From an uncultured delta proteobacterium (GTDB lineage Bacteria; Desulfobacterota; Desulfomonilia; UBA1062): 64,000 nucleotides of DNA. The notes below the pieces were generated by a model. It searched no databases. It was not told the origin of the DNA and worked only from the letters and a program-made list of their open reading frames with translations. Positions within the stretch are counted from its first letter, which is position 1, and every line of letters begins with the position of its first letter. Shown here one piece after another: positions 52,595 through 61,114 of the stretch. The position numbers and the translations under genes were made by a program. The DNA lies in assembly GCA_963798485.1 (NCBI GenBank), contig CAWCTR010000021.1:128001-192000 (forward strand). Direction: 5' to 3'.

Positions 52595-53767
52595 ATGGAT
52601 GAGTATGAGGTAATTATCGTTGGAGGCGGCCCTGCTGGAGCAACTGCCGGGTATCTCCTCGGAACCATGGGGGTTCACGCACTGCTGCTTGATAAAAGTG
52701 TGTTCCCGCGAAAAAAACTCTGTGGAGGTGCATTAACATATAAGACGCTCAAGCTTCTGCATAGGGTGTTTAATGAAACAGAAACAACCCTGGAACATGC
52801 TGGTGTTATTAATTATCTATCAAATGGATATGATATCTATTTTAAAGATAGGTTGATGGTCCATGGTACTTCGAAATATCCCTTTCTCTTTGTAGACAGA
52901 TACATCTATGATAATTTTCTTCTGCAGAAGGTCAAGGACACCGGAGTCAAGGTAATTGAAGGTGATAAGGTAAAAGATTTTGATACTGACGTAAATGTTA
53001 TAACAACTTCATCAGGGAAGTCCTATAAAGCACGATTCATCATAGGTGCTGATGGTGCGCATAGTGTTGTGCGTAGACATCTGCCAATGTATTATATTCA
53101 CAATAGAAATTGGGAATATAATCTGGCAACAGCATTAGAAATTACTATTCCCCGAAACGAATTTAAACATGATATAAAATATCCGATCATTCAATTCGGA
53201 TATATAGACTGGGGATATTCATGGATTTTCCCCAATAAAGATGAGATCATACTGGGAATAGGTGGGTTGAACAGAAAGAATAATAAACAAATCAAGAAGA
53301 TATGCCAAGAATATCTATCTGCCATAGCACCCTCTTTTCTGTTGAACTATCCCCAAAATATAAAGATCTATGGACATCCGGTACCGAGCGGGAATTACCT
53401 TTCAAGGCCTGTTTACAAAAATGCGCTGCTTGTTGGAGATGCTGCCGGATTCTCAGACCCGATATCCGGTGAAGGTATCTACCAAGCCCAAAGAAGTGCT
53501 GAAATTGCTTCGCTGAGCATATACAAATCAATGAATAGTGAGGCCTCTCTCGAAACAACATATGTAAAGCTCCTGAAAAAACATATCTTTCCTGATCTCT
53601 TCTATGCAAAGATATTAAGATGGTTTATTTTCAATGCATTAAATAATCTGAATCTTGATCACATTGAACTGTTGATAAAGCGTGGAGAAAATAAGGCAAT
53701 AGATCTCGTCCATGGCTTGAGAACATATAAATTCCTCCGAAGAATTAATGGGATCCATGATGATTGA
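52595..53767 (+). CDS. Geranylgeranyl reductase family FAD-dependent oxidoreductase
   Basis: GGGPAG, FPRKKLCGG, GADG, GYSWIFP and VGDAAG...SGEGI motifs; visibly AT-rich. Confidence 0.9.
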   Translation: MDEYEVIIVGGGPAGATAGYLLGTMGVHALLLDKSVFPRKKLCGGALTYKTLKLLHRVFNETETTLEHAGVINYLSNGYDIYFKDRLMVHGTSKYPFLFVDRYIYDNFLLQKVKDTGVKVIEGDKVKDFDTDVNVITTSSGKSYKARFIIGADGAHSVVRRHLPMYYIHNRNWEYNLATALEITIPRNEFKHDIKYPIIQFGYIDWGYSWIFPNKDEIILGIGGLNRKNNKQIKKICQEYLSAIAPSFLLNYPQNIKIYGHPVPSGNYLSRPVYKNALLVGDAAGFSDPISGEGIYQAQRSAEIASLSIYKSMNSEASLETTYVKLLKKHIFPDLFYAKILRWFIFNALNNLNLDHIELLIKRGENKAIDLVHGLRTYKFLRRINGIHDD

Positions 53768-53811
53768 TTATAAGTTATTGCAAAGAACAATAATCAGTGT
53801 AATTGGTAAGA

Positions 53812-54636
53812 ATGAGAATGAATAAAATAACATTCATCATAATGATTATAGCTGTAGCTCTCTTACTCCCTTTAATACAGAAGTCTGCCCTTGCAGCCAA
53901 CACAGACGCCTTGGATAAACATAAGATATCAAGGATTATTATTGATCCCGGTCACGGGGGGAAGGATCCTGGGGCTACAGGGCCAAGAGGTGAGAAAGAG
54001 AAAGATATCACTCTGGCCGTGAGTAAGGAACTTGCAGCGCGCTTGCATGAAGATGGCTATGAGATCTTCCTCACACGAACAGATGACACCTTTATACCCC
54101 TTGAAGAACGTACAGCCTTTGCAAACAAGAAAAAGGCGGATCTCTTTATCTCAGTCCATGTGAATGCGAACGAGAAGGTGTCATTGAGAGGTGTTGAGAC
54201 ATATTTTCTCAACCTGACAACAGATGCCTCCGCAATCAAGGTGGCGGACAGGGAAAACGCCATAGCATCCAAGTCAATGAGCGATCTCCAGTTTATCATC
54301 AAGGACTTGACGCTTAATGCCAGGATTAATGAATCTTCACGGTTTGCATCATCCATCCAGAAATCAATAATCTCATCTCTGGGTAAGGCTGGTCATATGA
54401 ATAAAGACCATGGTGTAAAACAGGCGCCTTTTTATGTCCTGATGGGCGCCCAGATGCCATCCATCCTTATCGAGACCGGCTTCATCACCAATGCAACTGA
54501 AAGTAAACTCCTGCAAAAGAAATCATATCAGAACAGCATTATCAAAGGGATTATCAGCGGGATCAATCTCTATGTCGCAAATTCGAGGGTTGTCTATAAC
54601 AACAGAAACTCATTGAGAGTGAAAGACCTTAATTGA
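53812..54636 (+). CDS. N-acetylmuramoyl-L-alanine amidase (Amidase_3, AmiA-like)
   Basis: Signal peptide; IDPGHGGKDPGA, EK, ISVHVNA and MPSILIETGF motifs. Confidence 0.93.
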   Translation: MRMNKITFIIMIIAVALLLPLIQKSALAANTDALDKHKISRIIIDPGHGGKDPGATGPRGEKEKDITLAVSKELAARLHEDGYEIFLTRTDDTFIPLEERTAFANKKKADLFISVHVNANEKVSLRGVETYFLNLTTDASAIKVADRENAIASKSMSDLQFIIKDLTLNARINESSRFASSIQKSIISSLGKAGHMNKDHGVKQAPFYVLMGAQMPSILIETGFITNATESKLLQKKSYQNSIIKGIISGINLYVANSRVVYNNRNSLRVKDLN

Positions 54637-54680
54637 ATCCTTAATTGGATACATGGATAAGTGAATGCACTCAATCGGCC

Positions 54681-55259
54681 TTAGTCATTATCATTGACGA
54701 GTTTCTCTCCCAATTCCTCTGCCTTCATCAATAATGCCTTATTTGCCTTGATCTCCCCTGCCCCCATGGCGCTGCCATATACCATTCCCACTATGCTTGC
54801 CCCAACAAAGCCGAATGCATCCTGAAAAGTCCTAAGGGCATTGACGCATCCCGAATCAAAGGGGTCTTCCCCTCCATAGCTCATGGCTATGGCGATCCGT
54901 TTCCCTGAAAAAGGATCTGTTCCATGCGCCGGCAATGCAAAACACCTGTCCATCCAGATCTTGGTCTGGGCGGACATGTTGAACCAGTAGACAGGGCTGG
55001 CAACAACCCATGCATGTGCCCCCAGCATCTCATTATAGAGCTTCTGCATGTCATCCTTTATGGCGCACCCCTTGCTCCCTGGTTTCTGGCATGCATAGCA
55101 AGACTTGCACGGGGCAATATTCAGGCCATGGAGAAAGACAGTCTCAACCTGCGCACCTGTTGTGCGCGCACCCTTGGCGATATGCTCGGCCAGGAGGGCA
55201 CTGTTTCCCTTTTTCCTCGGGCTGCCTAAAATCACCAGGACCTTCTTTTTATCCTTCAT
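54681..55259 (-). CDS. Iron-sulfur flavoprotein (multimeric flavodoxin family)
   Basis: GSPRKKGNS, CKSCYAC...C, DDM and ASPVYW motifs. Confidence 0.92.
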   Translation of the reverse strand: MKDKKKVLVILGSPRKKGNSALLAEHIAKGARTTGAQVETVFLHGLNIAPCKSCYACQKPGSKGCAIKDDMQKLYNEMLGAHAWVVASPVYWFNMSAQTKIWMDRCFALPAHGTDPFSGKRIAIAMSYGGEDPFDSGCVNALRTFQDAFGFVGASIVGMVYGSAMGAGEIKANKALLMKAEELGEKLVNDND

Positions 55260-55320
55260 GCCGGTTCTCCTTAAGAAACAATTACCTGCTTTTGCCGGTG
55301 GACTTTTACCCTTTCTCTTC

Positions 55321-55731
55321 TTACTTCTTCTTATCCTTCAACAAGTCAGAGAGTTTTGCAAAAGGGTTATGGGTCATGGTATCGGTTTGATCTTCCATCT
55401 GCCCCGAGCCATCACCTTCATTGTCATACCTCCCATGCTCATTGTCATGGCAATACACACACAGATTTTCCCAGTTGCTGCCGTCAGGCGGATTGTTGTC
55501 ATGGTTATGATCCTTGTGGTGGACAGTGAGCAGGTTCAGGTTCTTGATGGTAAAGTGCCTGCCACAGCGGGCGCACACCCATGGATGAATCTTCAAGGAC
55601 TGCTCGCGGTAGCCCTTCAAGCGCTCAGCATTGAGCCGGCGGGCCTTGGCCACGAACTGATCCATCTCCTCCTTGGTTAACTTGGTTGCCCCTGGCTTAC
55701 CGGGCTTTGAGTTCCTGAAGTCCATTGTCAA
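55321..55731 (-). CDS. YajD-family HNH nuclease
   Basis: GYREQSLKIHPWVCARCGR and LTVHHKDHNHDNNPPDGSNWENLCVYCHDNEH. Confidence 0.92.
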   Translation of the reverse strand: MTMDFRNSKPGKPGATKLTKEEMDQFVAKARRLNAERLKGYREQSLKIHPWVCARCGRHFTIKNLNLLTVHHKDHNHDNNPPDGSNWENLCVYCHDNEHGRYDNEGDGSGQMEDQTDTMTHNPFAKLSDLLKDKKK

Positions 55732-55838
55732 CTCCTTAATAAACCATTTTCAATAATATGAATAACTTGTCAAGAATATGATATTTCTTTGAGGTTATTA
55801 TCTGAGGTATGATTATGAAGTAAAACGATTAAAGGCCC

Positions 55839-55907
55839 TTACTCTTCGATGGGTACCCCACACTCGCGAAGCCATGTGAGGACTATTCCCTGTATCTGAT
55901 CCCTTAT
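55839..55907 (-). pseudogene. Orphan C-terminal gene fragment, possibly ArsC/LMW-PTP family
   Basis: Minus strand IRDQIQGIVLTWLRECGVPIEE* with no start codon; resembles the RDxI...W terminal helix of arsenate reductases. Confidence 0.35.
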
Positions 55908-55919
55908 TTAACCCTCTTA

Positions 55920-56333
55920 TTATTTAATTCCCAATTTATTTCTTACATATGGGGCATACTTCCTGTCTTCAACATTAATATGACCAAGCCACCATTCCCT
56001 TAAGAACTTAAGAACTACATCCGTATCGTTATGCAATGTGGCAGCTTTTGCAATATCGACTGTTTTCTTCAGCAGTTCCTTATGAAGTTGAATGTGATCA
56101 TTGACCCCAGGGTAACCAGCCTCTTTCATCAATGATTCTTCAACCTTGAAATGCAGAGTGATATATTGACCTAGTGCGACTAATGTCGGCTTCAATGCAT
56201 CGATTCCTTGCCCTTCCTGGGTGAAGAAATGGAAGGTGTTGATGGTCGAGACAATCCCTCTGTGTTGTTCGTCAATTATTGGAATTCCCAGGTTATTATT
56301 ATCACCCCAAACAATATACAATGTGTTTTTCAT
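55920..56333 (-). CDS. Single-domain bacteriohemerythrin
   Basis: W...LGIPIIDEQH, HFKVEE, GYP...HIQLH and WWLGHINVED di-iron ligands; AGGAAG RBS before ATG 56333. Confidence 0.92.
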   Translation of the reverse strand: MKNTLYIVWGDNNNLGIPIIDEQHRGIVSTINTFHFFTQEGQGIDALKPTLVALGQYITLHFKVEESLMKEAGYPGVNDHIQLHKELLKKTVDIAKAATLHNDTDVVLKFLREWWLGHINVEDRKYAPYVRNKLGIK

Positions 56334-56381
56334 AATTGGGTTCTTCCTTTCGTAGTATTTTATCAATCACAATGCTTTAAT

Positions 56382-56409
56382 AAATCGGGGTTTTAAGAAA
56401 ATAACTTGA
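56382..56409 (-). promoter_or_regulatory. sigma28-type promoter of the hemerythrin gene
   Basis: Minus strand TCAA-GTTATTTTCTTAAAAC(16)-CCCGATTT. Confidence 0.58.
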
Positions 56410-56450
56410 TGATGTCTGACTTGAAAATAATATTCGACAATTGATTTTGA

Positions 56451-56478
56451 TAAATAAAATATTGGTAATTGCCGATTC
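56451..56478 (+). promoter_or_regulatory. sigma28-type promoter of the ferritin-like/HD-GYP operon
   Basis: TAAA-TAAAATATTGGTAATT(16)-GCCGATTC. Confidence 0.62.
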
Positions 56479-56529
56479 ATTAGGGTGATATCAGTTTCTA
56501 GCGCATTATTAAAATGTAAGGAGTATCAT

Positions 56530-56787
56530 ATGGCTGAGCTGAAAAGCATAGGTGAAAGTGAACAAAAGTTATTCCTGCTGATAAAAACAGCCATCGAGCG
56601 CGAAGTTGCTTCTCAGAAAATGTACAAAGAAGCGTTAAGCTACAACCATGATCCCTTAATACATGAGCTCCTGGCGCAGTTGTACCATGATGAAGAGCTT
56701 CATGAAAAGAAGCTCATTGTACTCTACAAGAAACTCCGCAAGGATTATGAGATAGATGGCAAACCAATTTCCAAGGAAAAAACATAA
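56530..56787 (+). CDS. Small ferritin-like (half-rubrerythrin) protein
   Basis: AIERE..S..MY and DEELH di-iron half-site; AAGGAG RBS. Confidence 0.8.
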   Translation: MAELKSIGESEQKLFLLIKTAIEREVASQKMYKEALSYNHDPLIHELLAQLYHDEELHEKKLIVLYKKLRKDYEIDGKPISKEKT

Positions 56788-56799
56788 AGCAGAAATCAT

Positions 56800-58065
56800 A
56801 TGCAGCGCACTCCTACGGTAAATTTAGGGAATCTTGTACTCTCCCTCTCAGATGCAATGGATCTAGCCAACCATGTACTTATACAGCATCAGCAAAGGGT
56901 ATCTTTTGTTGCATGGAAAATGGCCAAGACAGCCTTGTTATCAGATGAAAGGCTGGAGACGATCTTTATAGCAGCCCTGCTTCATGATATCGGGGCACTG
57001 TCACTGGAAGACAAGATAGCCTTACGGCTCTCTGAGACCGATAATACCGAAATGCACTGTATCCGCGGCAAGATTCTGCTCGATCATGTTCCCTGGCTCA
57101 AAGGTTCCGCAAACATTATCAGATACCATCATACCAAATGGCAGGACTGGAACGAGTCTATCGAAAACCCTATAGTTATTGACTCGCAGATACTGGCCCT
57201 TGCCGATTTTCTTGAACGGTCAATCGATCGTGATCAGTACATCCTTCATCAGCATGAGAATATTATAGAGCAGATAAAGGCAAAGACTGGAACTCTCTTT
57301 CATCCTCACATAACAGATCTCTTGCTGACTATCTGTTATCATGAAGAATTCTGGCTGGATCTGGTATCTCCCCGGTTATATCCGATTTTGCTCAATGAAG
57401 GCCCTTTCAGGAGGAGAGAAATAGATTTCTCTAATATCTCTCTCATCTCGGAGCTTTTCAGAAACATAATTGATTTCCGGTCTCGTTTTACTGCAACTCA
57501 TTCTTCTGGTGTTGCCGCATCTGCATCCATGATAGCGAAAATATTCGGTCTGACAGAAGCAGAAGTAGAACTTATGGAAGTTGCCGGTAATCTTCATGAT
57601 CTTGGAAAGCTGGCAGTACCCAACAGTATCCTTGAAAAACCCGCTCAATTGACAAAAAATGAAATGGCTGTCATTAAATCACACACATATTATACCTATT
57701 TTGTGATCAATACAATCGGCGGTCTCCAGCATATTGCAGAATGGGCTGCATATCACCATGAAAGATTTGATGGATCCGGTTATCCTTTCCATTGCAAGGC
57801 TGGAGAACTCAGCACTGGTGCAAGGATTATGATGGTGGCAGATATGTTTACCGCACTGGCCGAAGACCGTCCATATCGAAAAGGCATGTCCAAGAATGGG
57901 GTCATGGATATCATCCGGCAATTTTCTGATAGACAGATGCTGGACAAAAGAATAACCGACCTTCTCTCAGATAATTATAATGAAGTATATTCCTATATGG
58001 CTGAAAAACAGGCAGCTGCAAGAGATTTTTACGAAAGACAAACAGCATTGATTGAAGAAGTTTAG
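56800..58065 (+). CDS. Tandem HD / HD-GYP cyclic-dinucleotide phosphodiesterase
   Basis: Degenerate N-terminal HD domain (LLHDIG, no GYP); C-terminal HDLGK, HHERFDGSGYP, VADMF and DRPYR. Confidence 0.92.
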   Translation: MQRTPTVNLGNLVLSLSDAMDLANHVLIQHQQRVSFVAWKMAKTALLSDERLETIFIAALLHDIGALSLEDKIALRLSETDNTEMHCIRGKILLDHVPWLKGSANIIRYHHTKWQDWNESIENPIVIDSQILALADFLERSIDRDQYILHQHENIIEQIKAKTGTLFHPHITDLLLTICYHEEFWLDLVSPRLYPILLNEGPFRRREIDFSNISLISELFRNIIDFRSRFTATHSSGVAASASMIAKIFGLTEAEVELMEVAGNLHDLGKLAVPNSILEKPAQLTKNEMAVIKSHTYYTYFVINTIGGLQHIAEWAAYHHERFDGSGYPFHCKAGELSTGARIMMVADMFTALAEDRPYRKGMSKNGVMDIIRQFSDRQMLDKRITDLLSDNYNEVYSYMAEKQAAARDFYERQTALIEEV

Positions 58066-58111
58066 TATACGTAGCACGGATCTTGTGAGTCGTTCATTCC
58101 GGATGAAAATG

Positions 58112-59266
58112 TCAGTGTTTTCTTTGACCTGATAATAACTGATGTATGGCTCCACCTACCCCGGTTACCACACCTGCGGCCGTATCCACGCCCTCCTTTC
58201 CCAGGGCAGCTGCGCCTTTTGCAACCCCGCCGATACTAACCTTGAGAAAATCTGCCATGGAGACGGCCATCCGCGTGCTTATGGCCTCGTTCAGTGAGAA
58301 TTTGGGGTTTTTGATGTCACCTTCCAGGACAAAGTCCAGTGTAATACTGTTTCCTTTGTCCTTCAGGAATGACATCACTGCTTCACGGGGAACCCCCATG
58401 AAGGTGCCCATAATCCCTTTTGATGGGGCGAGTGTCAGGTCTGAGATGGTCATCCTCCCGGGTGCCTTCAGCCTGTTATTGCGCACATCCGATTGCAGCT
58501 CGAGGTCGAGGGTGCCCTTACGAATGCCCGTATCACTCGCCTTGATGAGATAGGGCTCAATGGCCTTCATATCTACAGACCTGAGCTGCAGCTTTACTGA
58601 GGAATCTTTGGTAGAGAGATCAGCCCATCCTGAGATATCGGCTCGGCCATCCTGATGAATCCCTTTCACCTCGCCTTTGATAGTAAATCTGCTTCTGGCA
58701 TCCAGTGTTGGGACGACCATGTCGTTAATAGTCACCTGGATCTTCTCCAGCTTTATCTTCAAAGGACGCCGACCCACTGAGGCATCAAAGAACTCCACTA
58801 CGCCATCTTTCAGTACGATGTTTCCAATGGTCACTTTATAAGGGGGGGCGGCCGGTGTTGAAGGCGTTTCAGGGTTAGCCTTCTTGGACAGGAGGCTGGG
58901 GATCACCAGCAGTTTACCTGCCTTGGTCCGATAGAGAGAAAGATAGGGATTTGCTACGGTTATGGAATGGATACGATACTGCCCGGAAAAAAAACTGCGC
59001 AGGCTGGGGACTATGGTTACACGATCGGCCCGGATCGTATCGGTTGCCGGCCAATCACTCGAGCCCTTTATTCGAAGTCCCTCAATATCTACACCGGTCC
59101 AGCTCACCCGGATATCATGAATCTCACTGTCAGGGCCCAGGGCGCCCACGACCTTGCCCCTCAGGATTCCCAATGCAACCCGGAAGCCGACAACGCCGCC
59201 AACTATCAGGATGATGAGCGCCACCAGGACGATCGACCACCAATGATTTCTCTTTCCCTCAGACAT
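58112..59266 (-). CDS. DUF748/AsmA-like membrane-anchored protein
   Basis: N-terminal TM anchor, beta-rich body and LKDKGNSITLDFVLEGDIKNPKFS motif. Confidence 0.78.
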   Translation of the reverse strand: MSEGKRNHWWSIVLVALIILIVGGVVGFRVALGILRGKVVGALGPDSEIHDIRVSWTGVDIEGLRIKGSSDWPATDTIRADRVTIVPSLRSFFSGQYRIHSITVANPYLSLYRTKAGKLLVIPSLLSKKANPETPSTPAAPPYKVTIGNIVLKDGVVEFFDASVGRRPLKIKLEKIQVTINDMVVPTLDARSRFTIKGEVKGIHQDGRADISGWADLSTKDSSVKLQLRSVDMKAIEPYLIKASDTGIRKGTLDLELQSDVRNNRLKAPGRMTISDLTLAPSKGIMGTFMGVPREAVMSFLKDKGNSITLDFVLEGDIKNPKFSLNEAISTRMAVSMADFLKVSIGGVAKGAAALGKEGVDTAAGVVTGVGGAIHQLLSGQRKH

Positions 59267-59290
59267 GATGAATTCTGCTCATCTAATAAT

Positions 59291-59848
59291 CTACCTTGAA
59301 TAATAAACGGTTATACTCGATTTTGCCAGGGTATGCTGATGAAGATTAAAACCCACCATTGCCCCTGACGCGTTGGCATCGATGGGTAGTTTATCCATAT
59401 CCAGTGCATAGACAGTGAACTGGTAGCGATGTGGTTTATCCCCTGCAGGCGGACATGCCCCACCAAAACCAGGCGTGCCGAAATCCGTTCTGCACTGGAT
59501 GCTCCCTTCAGGGGCCAACCCTGATGCAGGGTCTCCGGCATTCTTGGGTAATGAAGTTATTTTTGCCGGAATATTAAGGATTATCCAATGCCACCACCCG
59601 CTGCCTGTTGGCGCATCAGGATCATAAACCGTCACAGCAAAGCTTTTGGCATTCTTGGGTGCACCTTCCCAGTTCAGGGCGGGTGATACATTTTTTCCTG
59701 TACAGCCGAAGCCTGAAAAGACCTGTTCCGCATTAAGATTTTTACCTGGCTTGAGATCAGGGCTCTTGAGCTTAAAATCTCCGGCAAAGGCAGTATATGA
59801 CACAGACGCAACAAACAAGAAAATCATGATTGCTATAATCTTTTTCAT
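59291..59848 (-). CDS. YbhB/YbcL (PEBP/Raf kinase inhibitor-like) protein
   Basis: Signal peptide; GCTGKNVSP, YDPDAPTGSGWWHW, GACPP and HRYQFTVYAL motifs. Confidence 0.94.
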   Translation of the reverse strand: MKKIIAIMIFLFVASVSYTAFAGDFKLKSPDLKPGKNLNAEQVFSGFGCTGKNVSPALNWEGAPKNAKSFAVTVYDPDAPTGSGWWHWIILNIPAKITSLPKNAGDPASGLAPEGSIQCRTDFGTPGFGGACPPAGDKPHRYQFTVYALDMDKLPIDANASGAMVGFNLHQHTLAKSSITVYYSR

Positions 59849-59977
59849 CAAATTATCCTCCTTTTTTTGTGGTATTATCCTTAACCCCCTATGGACCTGA
59901 AGCCCCAAAAAAAAGGATTAGGGATGTATTCATTATCATATTAGGATCTTGGCAAAAAGATACAAGTAGTTCGTTGA

Positions 59978-60802
59978 TCATCCCTCGATGCAGATATCAA
60001 CGATCTCCACATCAAGGAGATTGATGGACAGGAGCCTTCCCCGCAGCGTTGTCCCTTGATTGAGAAGCACCTTTATGGCCTCAGCCACTTCAAGGCTTGC
60101 CACGAGTGCCGGTGAAAAGGAAGGGTTGCCCAGTTCTGCTTCAACACCCTTTTCCAGGGTGTATCCGCTGTAGAGCTTCTGCAAGGTCCTGTCGCCGGGA
60201 AACTGCGTGGTGACCTGGCCGTACCAGCCGGCTATGCTCCCGTGAATCAAAGGGATATTCATGGATTCGCAAACATCGGCAAGGACCAGTCGCATGGGGA
60301 TACTGTCAAGGGCATCGATCACCACGTGGGCCAGATTCAGAAGGTCTGTGCCGCTTTCTAAAGAAAAGGCCTTTTGAAGGGGAATGACCGTGACAGCAGG
60401 GTTTATCTCCCCTACCCTTTGGGCCGCAGCAGCTACCTTGGCCCCTCCCAGGGTTGTAAGGGTGGCATAGAGCTGGCGGTTCAGGTTGTGCTCTTCAAAG
60501 ACATCAGGGTCAATGACAGTAATGGTGCCGATTCCGATACGGGCCAGCTCTTCGATGATATATCCGCCCAGGCCGCCGCAGCCGACTACGGCGGCACAAC
60601 TCTTGAAGAGCCTCATTTGCTGTTGTTGGGAGATGGTTTCCCGGTTCTTTTTGTAGCGTTCAGGGAGCAAATCGATGGAGAGGATCACCTCTTCCACCTC
60701 GGCAAAGGAGAGGCCGAATTTCATGACAGCAGCTTCCTGATTGGAAAAGGTAATGAAGCCGTCTGCGGCATGGGCACGAAGGAAGTCGTGCAGCAGCTTC
60801 AT
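59978..60802 (-). CDS. HesA/MoeB/ThiF family adenylyltransferase
   Basis: RYKKN, VGCGGLG, DPDVFEEHNLNRQ and DALD motifs; downstream of aor and moaD. Confidence 0.92.
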   Translation of the reverse strand: MKLLHDFLRAHAADGFITFSNQEAAVMKFGLSFAEVEEVILSIDLLPERYKKNRETISQQQQMRLFKSCAAVVGCGGLGGYIIEELARIGIGTITVIDPDVFEEHNLNRQLYATLTTLGGAKVAAAAQRVGEINPAVTVIPLQKAFSLESGTDLLNLAHVVIDALDSIPMRLVLADVCESMNIPLIHGSIAGWYGQVTTQFPGDRTLQKLYSGYTLEKGVEAELGNPSFSPALVASLEVAEAIKVLLNQGTTLRGRLLSINLLDVEIVDICIEG

Positions 60803-61028
60803 CAACCGCCTCCGACAGGGGGGAATATGGCAAGCGTATCCCCTTCCTTCAAAGCAGTGCCGAATTCAGCGTGCCGGCTGTTGACAAAGATGATGGCAGC
60901 CTCTTTTTCAGGGATCTGAAGCATTTTGACAAGATCATGGATAATCACCATGCCTCGTCACATTCGATGGTTTTCTGGTCGAAGCGTCCAAGACGCAGCG
61001 TTGCAAAGAGTTTTACCGTTATCTTCAT
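60802..61028 (-). pseudogene. moaD: MoaD/ThiS sulfur carrier, frameshifted (one base missing near 60954)
   Basis: MKITVKLFATLRLGRFDQKTIECDE, then a frame change to MVIIHDLVKMLQIPEKEAAIIFVNSRHAEFGTALKEGDTLAIFPPVGGG*. Length 227 nt = 3n-1. Confidence 0.88.
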
Positions 61029-61054
61029 TTACAATGAGCTCGTGTACATAATAA

Positions 61055-61106
61055 TAAGGCCGTGCGCGGATGGTGCAACAATGCTGACCCGACCGGCACG
61101 GCCTTA
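61055..61106 (-). terminator. 11-bp stem-loop between aor and moaD
   Basis: TAAGGCCGTGC...GCACGGCCTTA perfect inverted repeat with a 30-nt loop. Confidence 0.55.
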
Positions 61107-61114
61107 ATGGTTCA

